Positions 7,221 through 15,141 of a stretch of 64,000 bases of DNA are shown here, in pieces. The notes under the pieces were generated by a model. It was not told the DNA's origin, made no database searches, and worked only from the letters and a program-made list of their open reading frames with translations. Source of the stretch: a virus (taxonomy: Duplodnaviria; Caudoviricetes); IMG/VR virus record IMGVR_UViG_3300032312_001355, positions 1-64,000 of that record; one strand, 5' to 3'. The first letter of the stretch is position 1. Every line of letters starts with the position of its first letter. Both the position numbers and the translations under genes were made by a program.

Positions 7221-7424
7221 ATGATGTTTGATATTGGCTTTGGGTTACCGACTTACTTAGCTCATATAACTATTGGGGTTGGTCGCTATACCCTTTGGCT
7301 CAATATCGTGGCTACTAACTGGAAGACCATTCACTTTGGGAAAAGGTGGGGGGACTGGGTTGGTTGTTTCTCCGTCTTTACTTTTGCCTATACAAGGAAG
7401 GAGGGTAAGAATGGTTCTAGATAA
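7221..7424 (+). CDS. Hypothetical protein
   Basis: ORF track; purine-rich RBS. Confidence 0.55.
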   Translation: MMFDIGFGLPTYLAHITIGVGRYTLWLNIVATNWKTIHFGKRWGDWVGCFSVFTFAYTRKEGKNGSR

Positions 7425-7602
7425 TGGAACAATGCTCGCAATAATTATTGCGCTCGCAGGTTCGTGTTTTGTTATGGTTGTTGGTATCAGAGCGCAAGGA
7501 CAGTTGCACCGAGTCATCAACCAAAAAAATGAAAAGATAAGATTTCTTGAAGCAGAAATCTCTAGACAGAAAAGGAAACAACTAACAAATGAAAGTCGCT
7601 AG
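7411..7602 (+). CDS. Small membrane protein (N-terminal TM plus coiled coil)
   Basis: RBS GGAGGG before ATG 7411; hydrophobic LAIIIALAGSCFVMVVGI. Confidence 0.65.
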   Translation: MVLDNGTMLAIIIALAGSCFVMVVGIRAQGQLHRVINQKNEKIRFLEAEISRQKRKQLTNESR

Positions 7603-7822
7603 TATCCAAGAAGAAGCAGTAAAACTCTATGAAGGAGGGCTGGCTATTGAGGCAGTCGCTAAGGAGTTGGGGGTTGCCTACCGAACTGCAAGAAAGGCTA
7701 TCTACTCAAATGGGGTAGAGGCTAGAGACCCTTCTGCAAGGCTAGTAGGTAGAACAAGCCCTACTGGAAAGAAAGCACAGAGCAAGACAAGCCCTACTAC
7801 AAAGAAGAAAAGGAAAAAGTAA
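7589..7822 (+). CDS. Helix-turn-helix DNA-binding protein
   Basis: AVKLYEGGLAIEAVAKELGVAYRTARKAI HTH pattern with basic tail. Confidence 0.8.
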   Translation: MKVASIQEEAVKLYEGGLAIEAVAKELGVAYRTARKAIYSNGVEARDPSARLVGRTSPTGKKAQSKTSPTTKKKRKK

Positions 7823-7987
7823 ATGGATCTAACAAAGGTGGTTTGGACTGCGGTTATCTCTATGGTGCTGGCAGTTGGTTCTATTATTGCTGGATTACAG
7901 AACAGTTCAGGGGGAGACAGTCTTGCCTTGTCTCTTGGACTGAGTTCTATCGCTCTTGCAACCCTTTCAGCAAGGGACAAGCGCTAG
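7823..7987 (+). CDS. 54-aa two-TM membrane protein (holin-like topology, function unproven)
   Basis: Read by hand (MDLTKVVWTAVISMVLAVGSIIAG...); abuts the previous stop; a better candidate than the 7843-8061 track ORF. Confidence 0.65.
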   Translation: MDLTKVVWTAVISMVLAVGSIIAGLQNSSGGDSLALSLGLSSIALATLSARDKR

Positions 7988-8132
7988 GCGCTCGCAAGTC
8001 TTCTAAAGTGTCGGGAAGGGCTGAAAACAGTCCTTCCTGCACTTTTTTTGAGGCATTTTAGGTTTTTTAGGTTTATGCAGGGGTGAGCAGGGGTTTTAGG
8101 GTAAAAAATTAAAATAAAAAACACGCTCACGC

Positions 8133-8167
8133 TTGACTTGACTAGAGGACTTCCCTGCACATATGCT
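8133..8167 (+). promoter_or_regulatory. sigmaA-type promoter for the transglycosylase operon
   Basis: TTGACT (8138-8143), 18 bp, TATGCT (8162-8167); the spacer holds a reverse copy of the early spacer motif (CTTCCCTGCA). Confidence 0.6.
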
Positions 8168-8174
8168 AGAGTTT

Positions 8175-8228
8175 ATGAACAGGAAGTTAACGACACAAGG
8201 AGATTTACGAATTAGACACTTGAAGTAA
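8175..8228 (+). CDS. Possible leaderless 17-aa uORF (MNRKLTTQGDLRIRHLK)
   Basis: ATG at the predicted TSS of promoter 8133-8167. Confidence 0.3.
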   Translation: MNRKLTTQGDLRIRHLK

Positions 8229-8306
8229 GGCTATCCCCTAAGAGGCGATGGTCGGGTTGGTGAAGTCTCCAACCCCGTCCCCGTAACCTAACAAAGGAAA
8301 AACCAA

Positions 8307-8906
8307 ATGAACCCATCTCTAAGCTCACCCGAAAAGGTGTTGGCACTACTATCACTCTTCATAGTTCTATCATCAGGAGCGGTTGCAGTAGCAGTAGAGA
8401 GTAAAGTCCAAGAGGTTGTCGCAACAGAGCAAGTGGCAACAGGATTAAAAGCAGTAGATGAAATAGAGCCAGTCAAGAAGACTAAGCCTTTTTCCTACTT
8501 TGAAAACAAGACCAACCTTTCCGACATCGAGTTGGTTTGGTTGTTAGAAGCCGTAGGCTTTGAAGGTCAAGACCTGAAAGAAGCTTGGGCAATAGCCAAG
8601 AAGGAAAGCAATGGTCGTCCCCTTGCCTTCAATGGCAACTCCCTAACTGGAGACAACTCTTACGGCATATTCCAAATCAATATGATAAACACTCTTGGAG
8701 AAGACAGACGAACCAAGTTTGATTTAGAGCATAATGCGGACTTGTTTAATCCAGTAAAGAACGCTCAAATCGCAATGCATATGAGCAATGGTGGAAGCGA
8801 CTGGACTTCTTGGCATATAGGCAAAGACGCTTATACTAGTACTAGTGGAAAGCACTACGCTAAGTTCAAAGAGTGGCTTAGCAAATTCCCCACAGAAAAG
8901 AAGTGA
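8307..8906 (+). CDS. Secreted or membrane-anchored lysozyme-like lytic transglycosylase (SLT_3-like)
   Basis: N-terminal hydrophobic segment; AIAKKES (catalytic Glu), GDNSYGIFQIN, LFNPVKNA, DWTSW motifs. Confidence 0.85.
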   Translation: MNPSLSSPEKVLALLSLFIVLSSGAVAVAVESKVQEVVATEQVATGLKAVDEIEPVKKTKPFSYFENKTNLSDIELVWLLEAVGFEGQDLKEAWAIAKKESNGRPLAFNGNSLTGDNSYGIFQINMINTLGEDRRTKFDLEHNADLFNPVKNAQIAMHMSNGGSDWTSWHIGKDAYTSTSGKHYAKFKEWLSKFPTEKK

Positions 8907-8910
8907 GACT

Positions 8911-9315
8911 ATGAGCGAGCAAGAAAACCTTATGCCGTTGCTTGGTTCTGTAGCACCTCCAACTAATGAGCAAGCGCTCGCCGTTGAGTCTGAGCCAGTA
9001 GCGATTAAAGAAGAGTCAAAGAAAGAGAAGAAAGTCCCAACTTTCCAAGCTAACCCTGATAAGTATGTTTATCTTTCTGCATTAAAAGTGAATGCTTATG
9101 AAGGAAACTCCGAGTCAGTCAAGACAGTTCAACTGCGTTTGAATGATTTGGGTTTCAGTTCAGTAATGAACGATAAGTTTGGTCGTCTAGAAGAAGGATC
9201 AGTAGAAGCAATTAACGCTTTTAGAAAGTCTAAAGGACTTGATGAGTGCGGTTGCTTTGATGAAGAAATTTTGGCTTATCTCTTTCAAGGTGAAAGTGTT
9301 GGAGTTCTTCCCTAA
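8911..9315 (+). CDS. Peptidoglycan-binding domain protein (PG_binding_1-like)
   Basis: VKTVQLRLNDLGF...G...EAINAFRKSKGL..G.FD pattern. Confidence 0.7.
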   Translation: MSEQENLMPLLGSVAPPTNEQALAVESEPVAIKEESKKEKKVPTFQANPDKYVYLSALKVNAYEGNSESVKTVQLRLNDLGFSSVMNDKFGRLEEGSVEAINAFRKSKGLDECGCFDEEILAYLFQGESVGVLP

Positions 9316-9371
9316 ATAAAGACAACAAAAAACCCCCTTCCTTTTAGGTCGGGGGTTCTTTGTTTTACTTC

Positions 9372-9713
9372 TTAGGACTGTGAAAGCGTTTCTAATAAAA
9401 CTTCAGCATATACAGACTCAAGACCTAGTTGCTCACCTTCATCATCATAACCCCCTGCAATAACTACATCACCGAGAATTACATCAGGAAAGTTTGGAAA
9501 GTTAGCCAACCAAATTTCAGTTGCTCTTTCATTTATTGGAAGACCCTGCAACTTTCCTTCTTCATTCATAATAAGGGTGTAACCATTTTCAAGAGTCTTT
9601 GCTTCAATAAGACCCCCAACTGCGGTTTGAAGTGTTAGTAGTTCGTTACTATCTGCCGTTAGGTCAATGATAGAAGCGTTTCCTTCTGCGGTTAGTTTAA
9701 TTGCTAGTTTCAT
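9372..9713 (-). CDS. DUF3846-family protein
   Basis: LQTAVGGLIE..NEEGKL.GLPINERAT..DVILGDVVI motif; own early promoter and TAGGGAG RBS. Confidence 0.8.
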   Translation of the reverse strand: MKLAIKLTAEGNASIIDLTADSNELLTLQTAVGGLIEAKTLENGYTLIMNEEGKLQGLPINERATEIWLANFPNFPDVILGDVVIAGGYDDEGEQLGLESVYAEVLLETLSQS

Positions 9714-9862
9714 TTGTTTTCTCCCTAGTGTGGTACTTGGTTTCCCACTACCAAAAGAATAGATTACTTTCCTGCACTTTGCAAGATTAAAGGGAAGCTT
9801 TTGTGCGGTGTGTCTTAGAAAAAGAAAAAGCCCCCCTTGGATAGGGGGGCTAATTCTTGCGG

Positions 9863-10123
9863 TTACTTGGTTAGGAGTAAGTCCAAGATTTCGCTATCTG
9901 AAAGGTTGCGGTAAGGGTTCTCATAAGAGTTTGGATTTTCTTCAGTTACCTTAACCTTTAGTACGGTTGCTCCCATTTCCTTTGCATTCTTTGCGGTTTC
10001 AGTAATTAAATCACAAGCATTGGTTGCGGTATCAACGTGGAAAGAATAATCTCTTTCTGTAGTAATAGTTCCATTTGAAGTTGTTTCTGTGTACTTAACT
10101 GTAATTTGAACTCCGTATGACAT
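9863..10123 (-). CDS. Hypothetical protein
   Basis: ATG at 10123 with RBS AGGGAG (10130-10135), promoter 10170-10198, terminator 9820-9857. Confidence 0.75.
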   Translation of the reverse strand: MSYGVQITVKYTETTSNGTITTERDYSFHVDTATNACDLITETAKNAKEMGATVLKVKVTEENPNSYENPYRNLSDSEILDLLLTK

Positions 10124-10204
10124 TTGTTTCTCCCTTTGTGTTATTGAAGCCCCTTGCTTCAATAAGTAAAAGATAACCTACCTTCCTGCACTTTGCAAGT
10201 CTAT

Positions 10205-10545
10205 AAGTAGTCATTTCGTGTATATGACTAGTCATAGTTTTTTAAGCCTGATAGTCATTAAGTTACTAAACAGTAAGTTACTAGTGAGTATCTACTAGTA
10301 AGTAAGTTACTAGTGAGTAGATAGTACTTAGTAAGTCATACTAAATCTTTATAGAATAAAAAAATATAAAAGAAAAAGAAAATAAAAAGAAAATAAAAAT
10401 AAAAATAGAATAAAAATACATATTCATAAATAGGCTTAAAAATCTGTAAAAATAAATAAAAAATAAAGAATGCCTTGCTTTTTATTTAAAGTTATGATAA
10501 GAAAAAATAAAAAATAAAAAGAAAATAATAAAAGATTTTTTAGGA
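10205..10545. other. Non-coding iteron-like repeats followed by an extremely A-rich tract; candidate replication origin or packaging site
   Basis: AGTAAGTTACTAGTGAGTA at 10272-10290 and 10301-10319; TAGTCAT x3; palindrome ATGACTAGTCAT; 10350-10545 is mostly A/T; lies between divergent early and late transcription. Confidence 0.5.
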
Positions 10546-10703
10546 AAAAAGCCCGGAACGATTTTGAAAAACCTGAAAAACACCCTCTTTCTTCTCCGGG
10601 GCCAAAAGCAAAATATGGAAAGGTTCATATATTTAGCTATTCCGTACAAGATTAGGTAGACTATCTTCTCGTACACCCTTTAAAAAGTCTGTACAATAGG
10701 ATC

Positions 10704-11201
10704 ATGCTGAATCCACCGAAGCTCCCCATAGAGGAGGTTGTGTTCCTTTCTACGCTTACACGCTCAGAGATGGAGTCACGCCTTCGAGGGCTATGGAAAG
10801 CTGGTTGGTCACTAGGAGTCATAGGAAGCTCTCTCAGCCCCGCTGTACCTAAAACGACTATCCACTTCTGGGTCCGTAGAGCACCAGACGTGAAGCAGTT
10901 AAGAGCACTTCCTCTACCCCCACCCAAGTCTCTTACAACCTCTGTGCCTACCAAGCATGCCCCTCGGCTTAGATCCGTTTCTCCGGGCGTCCCTCCAGAA
11001 CTAAGAACTCGACTTCGTGAGTTATCCGCGTTATCAAAACGTTATAGAGCAAAGACTTCCCCTGCTAGCCCACTAGCTCAGGCAAACAATGAGTTGACTC
11101 AGATTGCTAGACAGCTAAAGAATCGTGGCGTACCTACTGCAGCCATCGCAGAAGCTGCTGGAGTTACCTATCGAGCTATGGCAAGGCGTCTTAGCCAATG
11201 A
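10704..11201 (+). CDS. Protein with two HTH-like motifs, leaderless
   Basis: GWSLGVIG...PKTTIHFW and GVPTAAIAEAAGVTYRAMARRL; -10 TACAAT 10692-10697. Confidence 0.7.
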   Translation: MLNPPKLPIEEVVFLSTLTRSEMESRLRGLWKAGWSLGVIGSSLSPAVPKTTIHFWVRRAPDVKQLRALPLPPPKSLTTSVPTKHAPRLRSVSPGVPPELRTRLRELSALSKRYRAKTSPASPLAQANNELTQIARQLKNRGVPTAAIAEAAGVTYRAMARRLSQ

Positions 11202-11545
11202 GCCGCCTTTACAAGACAAAGAGCGGCACATACAAGGACACCGAACTGGTTGTGGTTGTTTGGAAGAACCCTAAAAAATCCAAAAGACCTCAGTCACGAT
11301 CCCTTGAAACTATGTCTGCCCCTAACTCAAGCTACCCTATGGCTTTCCCGCTGGTCTCCCTTAAAGATCACTATGCTTGGAAGAGCGCAAAGCATGTAAA
11401 AAGCTCAGAAGACTTTGACTCAAGCATTGAAGACAGTTCTAGAGAGGCTCCAGTAATGCTTGACCTACAACTAGCAGGTTATGCGTTGGGCTGGAATGAT
11501 TTCTATATCCCAGAGGAATACACAGAGTTTGGGTTAAATACTTGA
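11198..11545 (+). CDS. Hypothetical protein
   Basis: Overlapping start/stop with both neighbours. Confidence 0.7.
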   Translation: MSRLYKTKSGTYKDTELVVVVWKNPKKSKRPQSRSLETMSAPNSSYPMAFPLVSLKDHYAWKSAKHVKSSEDFDSSIEDSSREAPVMLDLQLAGYALGWNDFYIPEEYTEFGLNT

Positions 11546-11910
11546 GAGCAGTTTCGGATGTCTTCCCAGCCCTAGTCTGGATAGCTCCGCCCAACTCCGT
11601 TGGGTTAGATGAACTTTCAATACCTGGACCATCGCCTCAAGGCACTCGTAAGGTTGACAGAGTCCGAGTAGTGCTTCTTGGCGATAGCATTTTGATAGCT
11701 CAAGACACTCCAGAAGGCCCTACACTTGTGTTTAGAGAAAAATATTTGCATAGGCACGTTGATGGGAAGCTGCAAGCAGTTTTAACAGAGTCCGAGAAGG
11801 TTATAGCTTTTATAAAAGACGCTTCCTGCGGTTGTGGGTCTCGTCTTAGAGGCTGGAATCCATACGGGCAAAACAATTCGGTCTATTCAAGTGAGGATCC
11901 AATAGAATGA
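11542..11910 (+). CDS. Hypothetical protein (SCGCGSRLR motif)
   Basis: Overlapping start/stop with both neighbours. Confidence 0.7.
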   Translation: MRAVSDVFPALVWIAPPNSVGLDELSIPGPSPQGTRKVDRVRVVLLGDSILIAQDTPEGPTLVFREKYLHRHVDGKLQAVLTESEKVIAFIKDASCGCGSRLRGWNPYGQNNSVYSSEDPIE

Positions 11911-12203
11911 ATGATCTAACACTCCTACAATTTATCCTTTTAGGGCTAGCTACATATCGTGTGACTCGTTTAATGACTCGTGACATGATTACAGCCCCTA
12001 TCCGCAATGCCTTTTGGAAAAAGTTTCCGCCAGAGTCTTCCTATCTTGGCTACCTATCCACCTGTGAGTGGTGTTTTAGCGTTTGGATAGGATCAGGGTT
12101 CGTAATCTCGGCTATCATTATTCCATCAGTAACCTACATAGTTGCTACCGTTTATGCGGTATCTGCTATAGCAGGGCTGTTGACTGCATATGAAGATAAG
12201 TAA
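11907..12203 (+). CDS. DUF1360-like membrane protein
   Basis: LATYRVTRL..D.I..P.R....GYL..CEWCFSVW and hydrophobic C-terminus. Confidence 0.75.
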   Translation: MNDLTLLQFILLGLATYRVTRLMTRDMITAPIRNAFWKKFPPESSYLGYLSTCEWCFSVWIGSGFVISAIIIPSVTYIVATVYAVSAIAGLLTAYEDK

Positions 12204-12241
12204 TACTTCATATTCCGCAACTAGGATGACAAGGAGTTCCC

Positions 12242-13975
12242 GTGGGTTTATTTACTAATGACACACCTGATCAACCTACTCCACCATCCCAGCCGAAGCG
12301 CAAAAGAACTAAGTCAACATTTTCTCGTTCTACACAAGTAATTCAGACTCCAAAGCCTTCAACAATCTCATCTGTATTTACTAATACAGCGCAATCTGCA
12401 AGTTACTCCACTCCTAGAACTCTTACAGCTGCAGCAGCTCAAATTAAAGTTAATGACAAGGGTGAGTTTGAGCAATTTAGAATTCGTCGCTCTGCTGGAT
12501 CAAGTGCATGGCAAGCAGAAGCTTGGGAATACTACGACGCAATCGGTGAAATCAAGTATGCATTTAATTTAGTTGCATCAGTTGTTTCAAGAATCAGAAT
12601 TTATGCAGCAGTAATTGATGATCCATCAGAAACTCCAATCTCTGTTCGTCAATCAGAGCTAGTAGATGATCGTCTTGCTGCAGCAGCAGAACGTGCACTT
12701 GCACGATTAAATTCTGCATATGGTGGACAAGCAGGATTGCTTAGAGATGCCGCACTAAACCTTTCAGTAGCAGGTGAATGCTATCTAGTTCAGATGCCAG
12801 CTAAGCCATCACAAAAATTACCAGAGTCTTGGGATATTCGTTCTGTTGATGAAGTAACAACCGATCCTCGTGGCGGTTTTAATGTTATTGGACGACGTGA
12901 ACAGGCAACTACTTCACAAGGTGGCACAGATAAATCTTCTAAATTAGGTGGAAATGCATTTGTAGGACGAATTTGGCGTTCACATCCTCGTTACTCAGAT
13001 GAAGCAGACTCATCACTTCGTGGTTTGTTAGATCTCTGCGCCGAACTTCTTCTCCTCAACAGAACATTCCGTGCAACTGCACGTTCACGCCTAAATGCTG
13101 GTGCTCTTTACTTACCAGACGGACTTTCTGTTGCTGCACAAGCAGATGGTGATTTCCCTTATGACTCTGAAGACGGTATCGGTCCTAACTTTACTGCTGA
13201 AGAGGCAGAGGATGAGTTTGAAGAGCAGTTGATGGATGCTATGACAACTCCGATTCGTGACGAAGAGTCCGCATCAGCAGTTGTTCCTCTTATCATCCGT
13301 GGTCCTGCAGAACTTGGCGACAAGATTAAGCAATTCAAGTTTGAGCGTTCATTCGATCCACAACTTGCAGAGCGTTCAGACCGTGTATTAGAGCGCATCT
13401 TGCAAGGATTAGATGTTCCAAAGGATGTTGTAACAGGCCTTGCAAATGTTAAGTACTCAAATGCAATGCAGATTGATGAGTCACTTTACAAGGCACACAT
13501 CGAGCCACTTATGTTGCTCATTGCAGATGCTCTAACAGTTGTCTATCTTCGTCCATATCTTATCGCAAACGGTTATGAAGAAACACAAGTAAATAAAATT
13601 GTTGTTTGGTATGACCCATCAGCAATTGCAACTCGTAATGACCGTGCAACAGATGCTGACGCAGGATTTGACCGTATGGCAGTCTCTGCAAACACATGGC
13701 GTCGTGCTCACGGCTTCTCAGATGCAGATGCACCAACTCCAAAGGAACTTTCAATCAGACTTCTACAAGAGCGTGGTGTATTTACTCCAGAATTTACTGA
13801 AGCAATGCTTTCAGCAATTGCGCCAGAAGTTATTAACACAGTTCGCTCACAGCAACAGCAATCTTCAGTTGCCCCTATCCCGCCAGAACTTCAGCAAGCA
13901 CTTGATGCCGCAAGCGAAGGTGCAGAAGCTGCAGGTATTGCTACAGAAGCCCCAACAGAAGGGCAAGAGCAGTAA
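12242..13975 (+). CDS. Portal protein (cluster-B-like actinophage type)
   Basis: 577 aa; AWEYYDAIGEIKYA..ASVVSRIR, LSVAGECYLV, ERILQGLDVP..GLANVKYSNA motifs; first large gene of the head module. Confidence 0.8.
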   Translation: MGLFTNDTPDQPTPPSQPKRKRTKSTFSRSTQVIQTPKPSTISSVFTNTAQSASYSTPRTLTAAAAQIKVNDKGEFEQFRIRRSAGSSAWQAEAWEYYDAIGEIKYAFNLVASVVSRIRIYAAVIDDPSETPISVRQSELVDDRLAAAAERALARLNSAYGGQAGLLRDAALNLSVAGECYLVQMPAKPSQKLPESWDIRSVDEVTTDPRGGFNVIGRREQATTSQGGTDKSSKLGGNAFVGRIWRSHPRYSDEADSSLRGLLDLCAELLLLNRTFRATARSRLNAGALYLPDGLSVAAQADGDFPYDSEDGIGPNFTAEEAEDEFEEQLMDAMTTPIRDEESASAVVPLIIRGPAELGDKIKQFKFERSFDPQLAERSDRVLERILQGLDVPKDVVTGLANVKYSNAMQIDESLYKAHIEPLMLLIADALTVVYLRPYLIANGYEETQVNKIVVWYDPSAIATRNDRATDADAGFDRMAVSANTWRRAHGFSDADAPTPKELSIRLLQERGVFTPEFTEAMLSAIAPEVINTVRSQQQQSSVAPIPPELQQALDAASEGAEAAGIATEAPTEGQEQ

Positions 13976-15141
13976 TGTCTGATCAAGCAATTGACAAAGT
14001 TGTTACTTCACTTGTTTCTGCTGGAGATCCTTGCTGGGATGGTTACAAGCAAGTTGGAATGAAAGAAAAGAACGGCAAAATGGTTCCTAACTGCGTTCCT
14101 GTTGACGCTTCAGATGATTCAGAGGACTCAGAGTTTGCAGCAAAGAAAAAGAAGCGCACTATCTCTCAAACTCCTGCTCCTAAGAAAGACAGAATTAAAG
14201 GCTCTAGCAAAAACAAAAAAGGTTCTGCATCAGGAACTCGTAAAGTTAAATTTTCTGCAGCAGTAGAAAAGTCTTTGAAGAATAAAGTTGAACAGCACAA
14301 CGAAAAAGCAGGTAAGGGCCGTCGTGCAACTCTTGGAATGTTAAAAGCTGTTTATCGCAGAGGTGCAGGTGCTTACAGCGTCTCACATCGTCCAGGTATG
14401 ACACGCAATCAATGGGCGATGGGTCGTGTAAATGCATTTTTAAGATTGTTGAAGTCTGGAAAGCCATCAAACTCTGCATACACAACAGATAATGATCTAC
14501 TGCCTTCTGGTCACCCACGTTCAACTAAGAAATCAAACTCCATTGCAGCTTCAGCAGGTTTGGTTCCTGAAGAAAGCGATCTAGCAGAAGCGCTAGTCGA
14601 GATTGCAGATAAATATGGAAGATTCAATGAAGATGCCACAGGAATCTGGGCAGGATACACACCTCCAGCCGAAAACGATGTCAGAGGTATCGGAGTCAAA
14701 TGCTCTAACTGTGTTCTATACATGGGTAATGGCCAATGCCGAATCATCGAACTTGAAGTCGAAGACGAGGGTAAGTGTCGTTTCGCGGTTATCCCAGATG
14801 GCGTCGTTGATGTCGGAATTCTTGAAGGCGAAAAACTAGGAAACGATATTCAGTCACCACAAGAGCTAGCAAAGCTTGCTAATGAGTGGAGATATGAGCA
14901 AGAATTAAATATTGATCTTCTAAATGAAGAAGATTATTCATCTCCAGAAGAAGCAATCCTTGCTATGGCAGAGTATTCAGGTTATGGCTACGAAGCAGAG
15001 CATGCAATCCGTGCTTCTTGGCTTCGTGGTGTCCGTAATGGAGATAATCCTTTTAAAAGAGCATCATTACTGGCATCTCTTGGTTACGAAAGCTTAGATG
15101 GAGACCTTCTTCCAGTAAAGGCAGAAGAAGATGGAGAATAA
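13975..15141 (+). CDS. Multidomain head-associated protein
   Basis: CWDGYKQVGMK..VPNCVP motif; KAVYRRGAGA..HRPG..QWAMGRVNAFL..DLLP.GHP domain; CSNC..C..GxC Cys cluster. Confidence 0.7.
   Translation: MSDQAIDKVVTSLVSAGDPCWDGYKQVGMKEKNGKMVPNCVPVDASDDSEDSEFAAKKKKRTISQTPAPKKDRIKGSSKNKKGSASGTRKVKFSAAVEKSLKNKVEQHNEKAGKGRRATLGMLKAVYRRGAGAYSVSHRPGMTRNQWAMGRVNAFLRLLKSGKPSNSAYTTDNDLLPSGHPRSTKKSNSIAASAGLVPEESDLAEALVEIADKYGRFNEDATGIWAGYTPPAENDVRGIGVKCSNCVLYMGNGQCRIIELEVEDEGKCRFAVIPDGVVDVGILEGEKLGNDIQSPQELAKLANEWRYEQELNIDLLNEEDYSSPEEAILAMAEYSGYGYEAEHAIRASWLRGVRNGDNPFKRASLLASLGYESLDGDLLPVKAEEDGE

Larger units (their letters stand above)
314..9857. terminator. Family of intrinsic terminators closing the early cassettes
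   Basis: GC-rich hairpins, most with a T-run: 314-351, 862-897, 1296-1325, 1752-1793, 2715-2744, 3186-3213, 4023-4051, 4957-4985 (minus), 6087-6118, 9328-9366 (bidirectional), 9820-9857 (minus). Several have the form AGCCCC-n-GAAA-n-GGGG-TTTT. Confidence 0.85.
387..10198. promoter_or_regulatory. Family of sigmaA/sigma70-type early promoters with a conserved spacer motif (G/T)CAGG(A/G)A(A/G)GT
   Basis: TTGAAA/TTGAAT/TTGCAA-like -35, mostly 17-bp spacer, TAGAAT-like -10 at 387-415, 942-970, 1369-1397, 1818-1846, 2376-2404, 2789-2818, 3722-3750, 5225-5253, 6150-6178, 6398-6426, and minus strand 9756-9784 and 10170-10198. Confidence 0.85.

Noticed and set aside
7843-8061. 72-aa ORF from the track
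   Set aside because: The frame starting at 7823 abuts the upstream stop and gives a coherent two-TM protein
8200-8300. c-di-AMP (ydaO) riboswitch as a firm call
   Set aside because: Only short fragments resemble the consensus and the pairing pattern could not be rebuilt by eye; needs a covariance-model search
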